The notes beneath the pieces are model-generated. The model had not been told where the DNA came from, searched no databases, and saw nothing but the letters and a program-made list of their open reading frames with translations. A stretch of DNA of 64,000 nucleotides, taken from IMG/VR virus record IMGVR_UViG_3300005613_000026, positions 23,576-87,575 of that record. One strand, 5' to 3'. Every line of letters begins with the position of its first letter. The first letter of the stretch is position 1. This DNA comes from a virus. The translations under genes and the position numbers were made by a program. Positions 30,761-42,211 of this stretch are shown here, in pieces.

Positions 30761-33700
30761 TTATATATTAAGGGTGACAAATTCATTATCATTTAATTCA
30801 ACCATTATACCGAAGTTTTTAACTATTGGAACATCTGAATATCCTCCACAATATTCAGTACTTGAAACATCTCTTAATTGGAAAGTATATGCATTAGTTT
30901 CAAACACATAATCTGATCCATCATGAGCTTCTATTGTTAAATAGTATATTACATTACTATCGAAATCATCTGCATCTGGTCTATAAACAACATTAACTGT
31001 TTGTCCTGGAACTACATTCGCTCCATCCTCTGGAATGACAATATCATCTACAAACCATCCACTCCTGTTATTGCCACTAAATTGAGTAGTATAAAGATTG
31101 GTTCTTTCCGAATCCGAATAAAACTTAACTCTAAAATGATAATCATTTGTAGAAGTATCTTCATTTGTAAAATTAAAATCTACATTATCTACAAAAGAAG
31201 CTGTACAACTTGCTACAAAAGAATGAGTTCTATCTAACACATAAGATGACCCACCTTTAATATACTCTGTCTTAACATAATAATAGTTATTACAAGTTAT
31301 ATCTGCCGAACCTGGAACACTAAACAAGACTTGAACAGTCTCTCCTGCGTTGATTAATGCTCCATCAGAAGGTATGCTCTCTCCATCAACACTAAATCCA
31401 TCAGAACTATTTGCTGAATAAGCCGTGAAAATTGGTAAATTCTGATTAACATCTTCATAAAGAGTAATCCTAAAATGATAACTTCCTGTAGTAGAAGTCT
31501 CATTTGTAAAATCAAAATCTATAGTGTTAACATATAGCTCAGAACTATATGGTCCATACTCATCAAAAGCCGTTGGAGATATAGTTGATCTACTTGGACT
31601 AATCAATTTAATTCCCACTCTTAAATTCTCTCCACTTTGATTAATATTGAACAATCTATTCTCGTCCACTTCTTGATATTCTGTCCAGTCAATAGAATTT
31701 GTAGTATTAATTCCAAATACAACATCAGCAGATACAGGTACAATCTTTTGACTGGTTAAAATACCCTTTTCTACTCTACTTGGCATAACAAAATTAGTAG
31801 TAAAGAAGTGTATGGACTCACTGCTAACAGACCTAATACTGGCTCTTGTAAACACAGGTGTTATTCCCTTCTCTTCACTAGTTAAAACAACTTTAAATTG
31901 TATAAACTGACCGACCATATTGCTCAAATCTACACCAGCAGATTGTATATTATAATACGGACCAATCCAATCAGTAGTTAAAATATCATTTTGAGAGGTT
32001 GATGTTCTAACATATATTTCCAAAGAAGTATTATGCAAAATAGTAGCTTCCCAAGATATATTATCCCATTTTACTAAATCATTAGAACCATCAAATACCT
32101 CACTTACATATTCTCCTCTTTCTTCTTCAATCTTATCCGCAGAATAAAAACGATTTGTACTATTTAAAAATACTGTACTATTACCCGCATCATCTAATTC
32201 CATAATCTGATTCTCATTTACAAAATCTACTAATGAAGATATGTCTATACTATCAGTAAATTTCTCTTTAACAGTCGCGGTTCCATCTGCTTGTACATCG
32301 TAAAGAACGCTTTCATTACCAGCTCTATCTATAAGTTTTAGATAGACACTCTTTGTCTGACTTAAGGGGTTAATTTTTGTTATATACGAATCAGAAATAA
32401 CATAAATAACATCTAAATTAGAATTATAAGTAATATCTTCTATCTGTTCATCATGAGTATATTTCCATACCCATGAACCGTAATCAGATAAATAATATAA
32501 AGTATTTCCTACTCCTGCATAAACAACATTCCGAATAGTAGTAGAACCTCCACTTGTAACCGAAATCGAGAATGTCCTTATTACATTAATAGAGCTTGAG
32601 ATAGTCCTGAAAGACACGTCATAAGAAGAGCTATTCGTCAAAGACCTTCTTATAATTCCATTAGTAGATCCGCCCGTAAATACCGTTCCATTATTATTAT
32701 AACTTATAAAATCAATACTAATTAAGGGCTCAGTATCACTATAAACGATAAAAGCACTTTCATTAAATACATCTATCTCATAAACATATCCACTAGATCC
32801 AGTCACGGCTAATAAATTAGCACTACCTTCTTCATGAGTTAAATCGTATACATTATTATCTAATCCCTTTACTATTTGATCCAACCTACCATCTACATTT
32901 TGGGCCGATCCATCATCATAAACATACACAGCCCCTCCTTCTCCAGAACCATTTGAATACTCATTTCCAGGACCTACACCAGACCCCATATATATCTTTC
33001 CGTCCATCTCGTGTGTACAAAATATTCTAGATTCAGAAGCGGTTAATATTCCCGAAAGAGATAAAGAACTCACAACCGTTCCTGTTGAATATGTATAATT
33101 ATATACATATACTTTTGCAGCTCTTGTAGGGTGTCCAATACTAATAAAAAGTTTATCATTGTATCTAGTAATAAAATCTACAAATTCATCATCATCAAAA
33201 GAATATATTTCCTCCCATTCTTCTTCTGTCCAACTATATTTATAAACCGATGCTGGAACAGAAGATCCAGCATATAGCTCATTAGTATCTGAAAAATAAG
33301 AGATTACATTTCCTTGTCCAGAAGAAAATGTATAATCAGTTTCTATATCTTCTAAAGAAATTCCCAAATTATGAGTAGTACTAGTGACAAAAGGAACTGG
33401 ATCTTTGGAAGATGTCCCATCTATAGTAAAATTCTCATAATTCGAAATTACCATACTTTCTATACCAGATCCATCAACCCCATCCATAGCTCCTTCTATA
33501 TTAACTCTAACTGTACTTTTATCTATCTGAGTAATAGATAAACCATTTCCATCTTCGTCCTCGAATGTAGGAGCAGTAGTATCCAAATGCACTTTATCAA
33601 AAGGAAGTTGAGTCGTTGCATCATTTACTTTTATTTCGTTCTCATCCCCATTTGTTACTACATAAAAGGTATTAGACGCCCCCTCTTTAATAGCAAAATC

Positions 33701-36700
33701 TTTAATTCTAATAATAGACTCTCCTAAATCTATCCTCTGACGTTCAGTTCTATTGAACGTAGATATCTGTGTTAAATCTTTTCTAACCACAACTTCTACT
33801 ACATCTGAATTCCTTAAAGGAGTTTCAAATCTTATAATACCATTAGAAGTATTATTATCTTTCTTGAAATTATAGCCATAAGGGACTTTATTCCCGTTAA
33901 TATAAACCTCTATAATATCATCTTTAGATACCGACCTATCTGAATCTGTTATAATATAGAACGTTTGCAAATCATTTCTAGTAGCCCCACTTGTATATTC
34001 TGGCTCATAAAACACAGTATTATATGTTCTCTCATCATCATTTACAATTATCTGGCTTAATCTAGAAAGAGTCCCCGCGAACAGTACATTAGGCTCACGC
34101 CACATAACTGACTTAACATTATTATTCCATATAGTCCCATCATCTGCCGATAGATTAGTCTCAAAACCTAATCCAACCATCTTATCTATCCCGTTGGATG
34201 TTGCTATATATCGTATAGCTGTATTTCTTATAGCAATATCATTTACCCTATCCGACGCCATGCCATTAGAGGTAGTAAAACTAAGGAAATTACCTTTATA
34301 AAACCTGTATAATCCAGACCAAGTACCTATCCAAACACAATTATTATTATCTACTTTTAAAGAAGAAATTCTTCCTGAAGGATAATTTTGTTGAGATGAT
34401 ATATTTTCAATTGCATCTGAAATCGTTATAATACCACTCTCTTCAGATAAATTATATACTTTTAAACCACTGGAAGATGTTCCAACAAATAATCTATTAT
34501 CATTATCAACAACCATTGCAGTAACACCATAAGGAGAATCTGCCAGCTCTTTAAACCCCTTAATATGTTCTATACTATAATAGATTCTATCATCTCCACC
34601 TATAAACATATTATTATATTTATCAAAAGCTATACACTTTATCTTCTTTAAATCACTAGAATCCCCAGAAATTTGATTACCCGAAACGTCTACAATACCT
34701 GGCAATTCATTCCCATCTCCAACAGTAACCACTCTATTTTGCCTATCTACATAAAAAGAGACCCCACATAAACCAACAATCCATGCATCTCCATAATTGT
34801 TAATAACTGCATCGCTCGCAGATATCCTATCTATAGTAAAATTAGAAGGTGTTACTTCTAAAATAGAAAAAGGCTCTACAGCATCTTTTACATAATATTT
34901 AAAATGCTTAAATATAAAATGATTATTAAGTAAATCTGAAAAATCTCCGAATCTTATCTCTTTAGTCGAAAAATCCTTGTTAATAGTCATATCTCTGTCT
35001 AATCCATAAGGATCTGAATCTACTATACCATAATTGACCAAAAATTCTGACATATCTCTACTTAAATCATAAAAAGTAGATTTCACCTGAGACAAAAGCT
35101 TTCCATTATCAATAAAAGTATATTCATCTACAATATTAGATTGGTATACAATAGGCATTTCCTGTGTAAAGACTACTGGAACTGAAGGGAAATAAGCATT
35201 TCTGTTATCTGAAAAAACCATCTCTATATCAAAGGAACTTTGAGCACTAGATAAAAAGGTTCCATCTTTATAAACTGCTACATAAATACTAGATTCTAAG
35301 GGTCTTACACCTCCTACAGCAGATAAGTATGGATCTAGATGCTCATATGGATCAGCAAAAGCAGTGAATTCTTCATAAGAAGTATCTCTATAATCTTGCC
35401 ATACTATATAAATATCTCCTGTAGTGGTATGCTCAGAAAGAGATGGATACCTGGCTCCCCCATAACCTTCCACTATCTGAGTAACATCCGAAATATTAGT
35501 CAACATCGGACTTATTATTCTACTGAATATCTGATACTTTCCTTCTGAATTATCTTCCCATACTATAAATACTTGCCCTCTTATATTCGCAAGCACATCT
35601 GAAAAATCTGCTCTTTTACCTTGATCTGAAACCTTCACGGAAGAGTATTGTTCTGACATATGGTTATATTTAGTTACCCATATCTCCTTACTGTTATCCG
35701 AACATATTTTTGTCCATGAAATGAACATCTCATCTAAATAAGACGCTATCGAAGGACGGTAAGCTCCTAAACTTTCATTTGTTAATTTAACCTCGCCTTT
35801 CCATTGTTGAGTATCTGGCAAGAATACATTTAAATATATTGAAGGATGTACAAATCTCCAATCCTCCCATGTAATGCACACCTTAGAAGAACTATCTAAT
35901 ATAATTTTAGGACTCTTACATGAGCCGACTCCTATGCCAGTATAAAATGGAGCGCTCCATCCTATAGAATTTTTATAGATCATACCAACTACACTACCAT
36001 CATCCTCTTTTGCCTCATAACAAACATAAATAGTTCCTTCTGAATCTACTATAATATCTGGGAACTGATACCCCATATCTCCCTCTACAATAGAAACTGG
36101 AGTAGACCATTGGGCATTAGCGTATTTAGAATAATATATTCTACCATTACCGTTACCATCATCCCACCATGTAGCGTGTAAATCTCCGCTACTATCCTCA
36201 AAAACAGATGGAGATAAAGCATTGCCATTATTAGTGGCATCTTGTAAAAAGTCTATCTCTGCTATTTTAGAATATTTAGTATCAGAAGTAGATTTTGCAT
36301 ATAAAGTTAAATCTTCTCCTTTGCCTAATAATCTATATGTATTTTCTTCAGTAGTATCATATGTTATATTCTTATTCGCATTTGAAAAATTAATCTGTTG
36401 TTCAAAAAAAGTGATAGTTTCTTGTTTCACACCATCATTAACATATATACCTGCTCCATTAGCTTTATTATCAGTCAAATTAGTAGGGTCAGAATTATCA
36501 GAAGCAATCACCTTAAGATTAAAATCTACCGTCCACCCTCTGTCATTATCTACTTCATTGAACCAATCTGTTCCAGGTTTATTATGAGTATAATACCAAA
36601 CACCCCCTGGCTCTTGAACTGTATAAACAGTCCAAGTATCTGTTTTAGACCAAATCCCACCAGGGTTTTGCCAAGCATTAAAAGTAATATAATTATCATA

Positions 36701-38140
36701 TACTTCTACATCCATAAAAGTATTATAACTATCTCCACTAGCCCTATATTCAGCACCAGCTAAACCAGAAGTAATTTCCCATACTCTACCTTGTCCATTT
36801 TCCCATACATCTCCACTAACTTTAGAACTATTATCCCAACTATTATCTACTCTATATCTACCATACTTATGAACATGCCCAGCGAAATGAGCAACCACAT
36901 TATTATTATCTTCAAGAAGTTTCCAAAACTTATTTCTATTACTTGGAAATTGATTTAAAGAATCATATATATGACTTAAATCTTGAGGAAAGGCTGGTTC
37001 ATGACTAAAAAGAATAACTGGTTTTTCTGTAGAACTTATGACTTCTTGCAACCATTCGTAAGACCTATCCCCAACAAATGAAATATCATAAGAATTAATA
37101 TAAAGATGTCTATCTCCACCTATCTGAGAGTCGTATGCTGTACCACTTTGATTAAAATAAGTATTTAATTGTATAAAACGGACACCAGCATGATCCCAAT
37201 AATAAATAGTTTCTTCTCCATTTTCTATTCCACTTTGAGCAAAACTACTAATTGGGTATCTTGGCTGAGAATAATTGGAACTATATTCTAGCTTTAAATC
37301 AAAATAACAATCTGCGCTACCAGGCATATTGTGCACTTCAGCAGCAATAATATTTTCTCCATTTACTAACAAATATCTAAAATCATCAAGCCTAAAAGGA
37401 TAAAAGATAGACTCCCCTAATCTAGCATAATCCGTAGGAGAAGTATCATAATTAACTTCTCCATCATCCATACGTAGTCGGGCAACCTCTACTCCATTTA
37501 TATACACAACAGCCCCATCATCTGCTTGGAGGCTCATAAATAAAGAAGTAACATCATCAACATCACTAATATTGAATTTTTTTCTAAAATAATAGGTAAT
37601 ATGAGTATTATCAGATATAATAGTAGTATGACCTTTTATTGGATTATCAGCAAAACCTAATCTAGTAGTCCCTGTTTTCCAGGAACTGTCATCATATGAC
37701 AGTGTTGTCCAATTATTAGAATATCCATTATTATAATCAGTATTTAAATCAGCTCCGCTATCTAGATATTGCCAATCAGATGCGCTTGGATTTTCACCAC
37801 CCGATTCAATAAGAGTATCTGTCATAACATTATGGTATTCTTGAAATAACCACGATACCACATTATCTGTTCCTTGTTTGTCCCCTTGCATCACATCATG
37901 ATTACCCATTCCCACTAACCACTTAGCCTCACTCCCAAATTTTTCATCTATAATTTCTCTAATCTCGCGAGTGGAGCCTCTTCCATCATATGAAGTAGTG
38001 TCTCCCGTAGTAATATGAAAAGCACCAGGACCACCAACATTATCATTGATACCATCGCATACTTCTCTAAATGCCTCCCTGCTTGCAAGAGAAGCATGTA
38101 TATCTGTCGTTACAGTGAAATGAAAAAGTCTTTCTGACAT
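30761..38140 (-). CDS. Giant putative virion protein (2459 aa): N-terminal calcineurin-like metallophosphoesterase with an inserted jelly-roll, lectin-like domain, propellers, two C-terminal repeats
   Basis: TDIH, GD, GNHD, SHEP, AGHVH metallophosphoesterase motifs; TYYFRKKF...DDGAVVYING insert; WIGTWSGL...SNGMASDRV propeller. Confidence 0.75.
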   Translation of the reverse strand: MSERLFHFTVTTDIHASLASREAFREVCDGINDNVGGPGAFHITTGDTTSYDGRGSTREIREIIDEKFGSEAKWLVGMGNHDVMQGDKQGTDNVVSWLFQEYHNVMTDTLIESGGENPSASDWQYLDSGADLNTDYNNGYSNNWTTLSYDDSSWKTGTTRLGFADNPIKGHTTIISDNTHITYYFRKKFNISDVDDVTSLFMSLQADDGAVVYINGVEVARLRMDDGEVNYDTSPTDYARLGESIFYPFRLDDFRYLLVNGENIIAAEVHNMPGSADCYFDLKLEYSSNYSQPRYPISSFAQSGIENGEETIYYWDHAGVRFIQLNTYFNQSGTAYDSQIGGDRHLYINSYDISFVGDRSYEWLQEVISSTEKPVILFSHEPAFPQDLSHIYDSLNQFPSNRNKFWKLLEDNNNVVAHFAGHVHKYGRYRVDNSWDNSSKVSGDVWENGQGRVWEITSGLAGAEYRASGDSYNTFMDVEVYDNYITFNAWQNPGGIWSKTDTWTVYTVQEPGGVWYYTHNKPGTDWFNEVDNDRGWTVDFNLKVIASDNSDPTNLTDNKANGAGIYVNDGVKQETITFFEQQINFSNANKNITYDTTEENTYRLLGKGEDLTLYAKSTSDTKYSKIAEIDFLQDATNNGNALSPSVFEDSSGDLHATWWDDGNGNGRIYYSKYANAQWSTPVSIVEGDMGYQFPDIIVDSEGTIYVCYEAKEDDGSVVGMIYKNSIGWSAPFYTGIGVGSCKSPKIILDSSSKVCITWEDWRFVHPSIYLNVFLPDTQQWKGEVKLTNESLGAYRPSIASYLDEMFISWTKICSDNSKEIWVTKYNHMSEQYSSVKVSDQGKRADFSDVLANIRGQVFIVWEDNSEGKYQIFSRIISPMLTNISDVTQIVEGYGGARYPSLSEHTTTGDIYIVWQDYRDTSYEEFTAFADPYEHLDPYLSAVGGVRPLESSIYVAVYKDGTFLSSAQSSFDIEMVFSDNRNAYFPSVPVVFTQEMPIVYQSNIVDEYTFIDNGKLLSQVKSTFYDLSRDMSEFLVNYGIVDSDPYGLDRDMTINKDFSTKEIRFGDFSDLLNNHFIFKHFKYYVKDAVEPFSILEVTPSNFTIDRISASDAVINNYGDAWIVGLCGVSFYVDRQNRVVTVGDGNELPGIVDVSGNQISGDSSDLKKIKCIAFDKYNNMFIGGDDRIYYSIEHIKGFKELADSPYGVTAMVVDNDNRLFVGTSSSGLKVYNLSEESGIITISDAIENISSQQNYPSGRISSLKVDNNNCVWIGTWSGLYRFYKGNFLSFTTSNGMASDRVNDIAIRNTAIRYIATSNGIDKMVGLGFETNLSADDGTIWNNNVKSVMWREPNVLFAGTLSRLSQIIVNDDERTYNTVFYEPEYTSGATRNDLQTFYIITDSDRSVSKDDIIEVYINGNKVPYGYNFKKDNNTSNGIIRFETPLRNSDVVEVVVRKDLTQISTFNRTERQRIDLGESIIRIKDFAIKEGASNTFYVVTNGDENEIKVNDATTQLPFDKVHLDTTAPTFEDEDGNGLSITQIDKSTVRVNIEGAMDGVDGSGIESMVISNYENFTIDGTSSKDPVPFVTSTTHNLGISLEDIETDYTFSSGQGNVISYFSDTNELYAGSSVPASVYKYSWTEEEWEEIYSFDDDEFVDFITRYNDKLFISIGHPTRAAKVYVYNYTYSTGTVVSSLSLSGILTASESRIFCTHEMDGKIYMGSGVGPGNEYSNGSGEGGAVYVYDDGSAQNVDGRLDQIVKGLDNNVYDLTHEEGSANLLAVTGSSGYVYEIDVFNESAFIVYSDTEPLISIDFISYNNNGTVFTGGSTNGIIRRSLTNSSSYDVSFRTISSSINVIRTFSISVTSGGSTTIRNVVYAGVGNTLYYLSDYGSWVWKYTHDEQIEDITYNSNLDVIYVISDSYITKINPLSQTKSVYLKLIDRAGNESVLYDVQADGTATVKEKFTDSIDISSLVDFVNENQIMELDDAGNSTVFLNSTNRFYSADKIEEERGEYVSEVFDGSNDLVKWDNISWEATILHNTSLEIYVRTSTSQNDILTTDWIGPYYNIQSAGVDLSNMVGQFIQFKVVLTSEEKGITPVFTRASIRSVSSESIHFFTTNFVMPSRVEKGILTSQKIVPVSADVVFGINTTNSIDWTEYQEVDENRLFNINQSGENLRVGIKLISPSRSTISPTAFDEYGPYSSELYVNTIDFDFTNETSTTGSYHFRITLYEDVNQNLPIFTAYSANSSDGFSVDGESIPSDGALINAGETVQVLFSVPGSADITCNNYYYVKTEYIKGGSSYVLDRTHSFVASCTASFVDNVDFNFTNEDTSTNDYHFRVKFYSDSERTNLYTTQFSGNNRSGWFVDDIVIPEDGANVVPGQTVNVVYRPDADDFDSNVIYYLTIEAHDGSDYVFETNAYTFQLRDVSSTEYCGGYSDVPIVKNFGIMVELNDNEFVTLNI

Positions 38141-38144
38141 AATT

Positions 38145-40241
38145 TTACTCTCTATACTCTAATGTATTTATATTTAAACCCTCAGTATCTATATAAGCAG
38201 CTGTAAAGCCCGTATTTTGTACTAATTCCCATCCATACTCATTAGGATACGCATAAGTTACTTGTCCTATATTATCAACAAATATTAACTGCTGATTAAA
38301 CGGATTAATAAGATAACCATTTATTACACTTATCCCCTTTGAATGTGAGCAAACTATTTTTTTACCATCTGGAGATTTACTGATATGGTTTATAGGAGCA
38401 TAAGTTCTTGCTACAGTTTTAGCAGAAAATTTATTATCAGAACTAAGAGCATAAATAGAACTACCTTCATTTGTATTATCAGGATTTAAACCAAAAACCT
38501 TTTTTCCGCCCAAATAATTATTTAAAGCTACAACTTCATTATCCTCGAAATCTGCATAAGTATGAAACTGCATATTAGCATAATCATTATCTACATCAGG
38601 TAAATAGTACCCACTCGTAGTATAAAAGAAATACTTATATTTCACAGAATAATTAGATGAAACTCCTCCTATCTCCAATGTCTTACTTGAAGTTGGTTGA
38701 GTAAATAATCCAGTACCATCTATAACTAGTTCTCTATTTATATATATTTTAATATCATTATTCTTCCCTGCCACCGTCAACATCGTGGATTGCGATGAGG
38801 TATTGTCTATAGTATATTCTACAACTCTTTTTGAAACCAATTCTATTTTCGAAGAATATATCTTAATTTCTGCAAATCTCGTCCCATCATTCACTCTAAC
38901 AACATGATGTTGAAGAGAATCAGTAGATTCTGACGCTATGTAAATAGTTTCAAAAGTCCAACCAGTGGAATTACTAACAGATTCTTCCCACCTAGACCCT
39001 CTTATCCTGAAATGAGAAGAAGTATACTCTCCAAAAGTTCTACTATCGCTGATAGCTACAGAAATATAATAATCCCTTCCCCTATTAAGTAATCCTGATG
39101 GCACAGAGAAAGTCTCTTTGTCAAAATCAAATATTTGACTATAAATATTATCCGCTTCAAAAAATGTACCTATTTTAATAGAAACATAATTAGCCTCTTT
39201 TCCCTGAGGGATATAAGATTTCCATCTTACCGATGGTCTTACAGACGAAACATCTAGTGGGTCTACTCTACCATCAATTGTAATATCTCTTACAACAAAA
39301 TTTGAACTTTGTATCGTAACCGTAGAAGAGGATTTATAGACATTACCACTTGTCGGCTTGATTTCGCACCTAACCTCATCCCCCACTAATAACGTGGGTC
39401 TAATATAAAACTTATTATTATAATCTTTTGCTAAATATCCATTTATATACCATCTAACTAAAACATCCTCTTTATTAGTTGCATCTGAAGCCACATAATC
39501 TATCTTAAGGATATCATCTGGATTAGGATTTGGAGGCAATATATTAATATCAGAAACGACATTAGAAGTAGAAGTAATTAAAACTTGAGGAGTTTCTGCG
39601 ATCGCTCCATACTCTAAACCATCTTTAGGAACTATTGATGCCGACCATATATCCCCAACTTGTAAATAATCGGAGAAAATAGTCGTTCCTCCATCAAATT
39701 GTTTCTGATATTCTCCGTTTTTGAACCATTTGATTAAAGTGCCATCTTCAACATCCCCATCTGAATCACTATAATCATAAGTAAGTACCAAATCATTAGT
39801 GGCTAAAGGAGCAGAAGGAGAAATGGAAGCCGATGACACCACTGGCAAAGAATTATATTTAAAAGAAAATGTCTCCCACTCGCTTGTTCTACCTGTTTCA
39901 TCTTGAACACGAACTTGACCATAATAAGTAACCCCCCGAATTAAAGGGATTCCCTCATATTGCCAGCTCTTTGCTTGACTAATTACCCATCCAGTTTGAG
40001 ATCTATTTCCCACAAAAGAATCTGCACCAATATTATAATTAAAAGTAGAAATTCTAATTTCATATCTATATTGACCATAGGAACCTTGAGAACTTGCTAT
40101 ACCCGTATATTCATTTATAACAACTCTATCTAGCAGGTCAAAATCCCAATTTATAGTTGGGTACTCCGTCCCAATCTTAATGGCACGAGTATGACTACTA
40201 ACATTCTGATTATTAATTTTTAGCGTTAATTCTATAGACAT
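38145..40241 (-). CDS. Putative virion protein (698 aa) with FN3/Ig-like and lectin-like domains
   Basis: YYGQVRVQD...SEW; YDYSDSDGDVED..IKWFKNG; WEESVSNSTGWTFE. Confidence 0.6.
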   Translation of the reverse strand: MSIELTLKINNQNVSSHTRAIKIGTEYPTINWDFDLLDRVVINEYTGIASSQGSYGQYRYEIRISTFNYNIGADSFVGNRSQTGWVISQAKSWQYEGIPLIRGVTYYGQVRVQDETGRTSEWETFSFKYNSLPVVSSASISPSAPLATNDLVLTYDYSDSDGDVEDGTLIKWFKNGEYQKQFDGGTTIFSDYLQVGDIWSASIVPKDGLEYGAIAETPQVLITSTSNVVSDINILPPNPNPDDILKIDYVASDATNKEDVLVRWYINGYLAKDYNNKFYIRPTLLVGDEVRCEIKPTSGNVYKSSSTVTIQSSNFVVRDITIDGRVDPLDVSSVRPSVRWKSYIPQGKEANYVSIKIGTFFEADNIYSQIFDFDKETFSVPSGLLNRGRDYYISVAISDSRTFGEYTSSHFRIRGSRWEESVSNSTGWTFETIYIASESTDSLQHHVVRVNDGTRFAEIKIYSSKIELVSKRVVEYTIDNTSSQSTMLTVAGKNNDIKIYINRELVIDGTGLFTQPTSSKTLEIGGVSSNYSVKYKYFFYTTSGYYLPDVDNDYANMQFHTYADFEDNEVVALNNYLGGKKVFGLNPDNTNEGSSIYALSSDNKFSAKTVARTYAPINHISKSPDGKKIVCSHSKGISVINGYLINPFNQQLIFVDNIGQVTYAYPNEYGWELVQNTGFTAAYIDTEGLNINTLEYRE

Positions 40242-40242
40242 T

Positions 40243-41208
40243 TTATAACCTTATTATATCATCTACTAAAGATATGAAACCATTAGATACATTAAGATCA
40301 GAAGTTAAACCTAAAAATCCAGTTTCCCTTTGATCTGAAAAATTCCTCCTAGTTTCCCACATTAAAGGAGAACCCCTCATGATCTTACCATTATTTAATC
40401 CTATATATATATAACTCATATCATCAATAGAAGAAGTAACTGTAATTGTTGACGGATCGTTAAAATACAAAGCATAACCGTCTTCCTCGATTTCATCTAA
40501 AGTACTATTAACAAAATAATCTATACCTTGATTTATAACTCTTTGAATATTAGACGTAGTAGAATTAGCAGTATTAAGTATAAAAATATCATCTAAATAA
40601 CCAGTATTTTTAGCTATGTTATAATCATAACCAGCAATACTATGATTAATGAAGACATCACAAACTGCCCCTCCTACGGAAGCTGGAATAGATCCATCTT
40701 CTTGTATAGACGACAATTTCCCATCAATATAAATTAAAACCGATGAACCATCATAAACAATCCAAAAATGATGCCATTGTTCAGCATCGTACTCTTCAGT
40801 TAAAGCCGAATACGAAGATCCCAAAGAAAAATCCAAGGCATTTTTATTATTTTCTAAAGTATGCTCTTCTATTTTAAAAACTACATTACTATTATTATCT
40901 ACAACTGACAAAACTGGCATAATAATACTCTCCGCATCTCCTGTAATCTCATTAGTAACAAGACCAATATTTACGGGATAAAGCCATAAACCCATCGTGA
41001 AAGAATTAGAGATACCAAGAGGATAACCAGTATCTGCTATTCCGCTTCCAGATAGATATTGATCATTCTTCATAACATATCCGCTGCCTCTTGCTAATAT
41101 TTCTGGCTCTGTATCAGATCCATATACCGTTAAATACGTATTACTAACACCTTCATAAAGAGAAGTTGTATCAAATTTTAGCATTAGTTTTAAATCTGTT
41201 CTAAACAT
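40243..41208 (-). CDS. LamG/concanavalin-like domain protein
   Basis: SFTMGLWLYP...QWHHFWIVYDG...IYIDG...GYLDDIFI. Confidence 0.75.
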   Translation of the reverse strand: MFRTDLKLMLKFDTTSLYEGVSNTYLTVYGSDTEPEILARGSGYVMKNDQYLSGSGIADTGYPLGISNSFTMGLWLYPVNIGLVTNEITGDAESIIMPVLSVVDNNSNVVFKIEEHTLENNKNALDFSLGSSYSALTEEYDAEQWHHFWIVYDGSSVLIYIDGKLSSIQEDGSIPASVGGAVCDVFINHSIAGYDYNIAKNTGYLDDIFILNTANSTTSNIQRVINQGIDYFVNSTLDEIEEDGYALYFNDPSTITVTSSIDDMSYIYIGLNNGKIMRGSPLMWETRRNFSDQRETGFLGLTSDLNVSNGFISLVDDIIRL

Positions 41209-41210
41209 TT

Positions 41211-42209
41211 CTATCCCGTAGTATTATATGATAAATTAATTGTTATAAAATTAGAATCAAAAGAGGATGCACCTTTAACGATCTCTCTTTCTATCCAAAG
41301 ATAACAAATATCATTTGGATATAAAATACCAGAATTGCCACCTACTTTAAGACTTATCGGAGAATTCTTAGAAGTAACATAAAAAGGAGTCACAAAGGAA
41401 CTAGTAGCAGAAGGAGATACAAGACCAGACTTAATTCTCTGGGCAGGAGCAGGAAGAACTTCATAAGAAACATTCGTTGTATAATTATAAGTGGATGGCA
41501 TTGATGAATAAAATACAAATGTACCTGTCGAACCGTCATATGAACTTATGAGTCTTCCCTGCCCATCATAACTACCGCCAACAATTTTTAAATAAGCATC
41601 TTTGAAATGGTTATCGGCATATTGTCCAGCCAATGTAGAATCTTTCAAATAACTACTACTCCATTTGGTTGAAGTATTTTGCAAATATCTACTTTTAGGC
41701 ATTTCCACTGCAATCTTAATAGAGCTATCAGAATTTAAACTAGATTGAGACACATAAATAGATGTTCTAATTGAGAACTTAATATCCGAAGGATTATGAA
41801 CACTAGATGTGTTCTTCAAGGCTATACACCTATATTGTTTTCGATCTTCATTAAAAATGTCATTAAATATTTTACTAGCAGAAACTGCCCTAACTACATC
41901 CCCTACTAAATGCATATTTACAATCCCATTATAACCTCTCTGAACAACCTTAATACTACCATTTGTTATAGGATTAACCTTAATAACTTCTTGCCCTATA
42001 TTAATGTATTCTACTCCTTGCCATTCAGACCAGCTTCCTGATGAAGGAGTATTCAGATATAAAGAAGCATCATAAAGAGCAACCGTATCTGATAGAGTAG
42101 TTTCAGGATATAATAGGGAATTACTAATATGCCCTCCTATAGACTGAGAATATATAGTTTGCTCCATATCTGGCTCTAAACTCGTCAAATATATTTTAAT
42201 ATCTGCCAT
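41211..42209 (-). CDS. Putative phage structural protein (332 aa)
   Basis: Coupled within the structural run; YRCIALKN and LWIER motifs; function unassigned. Confidence 0.55.
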   Translation of the reverse strand: MADIKIYLTSLEPDMEQTIYSQSIGGHISNSLLYPETTLSDTVALYDASLYLNTPSSGSWSEWQGVEYINIGQEVIKVNPITNGSIKVVQRGYNGIVNMHLVGDVVRAVSASKIFNDIFNEDRKQYRCIALKNTSSVHNPSDIKFSIRTSIYVSQSSLNSDSSIKIAVEMPKSRYLQNTSTKWSSSYLKDSTLAGQYADNHFKDAYLKIVGGSYDGQGRLISSYDGSTGTFVFYSSMPSTYNYTTNVSYEVLPAPAQRIKSGLVSPSATSSFVTPFYVTSKNSPISLKVGGNSGILYPNDICYLWIEREIVKGASSFDSNFITINLSYNTTG

Positions 42210-42211
42210 AA

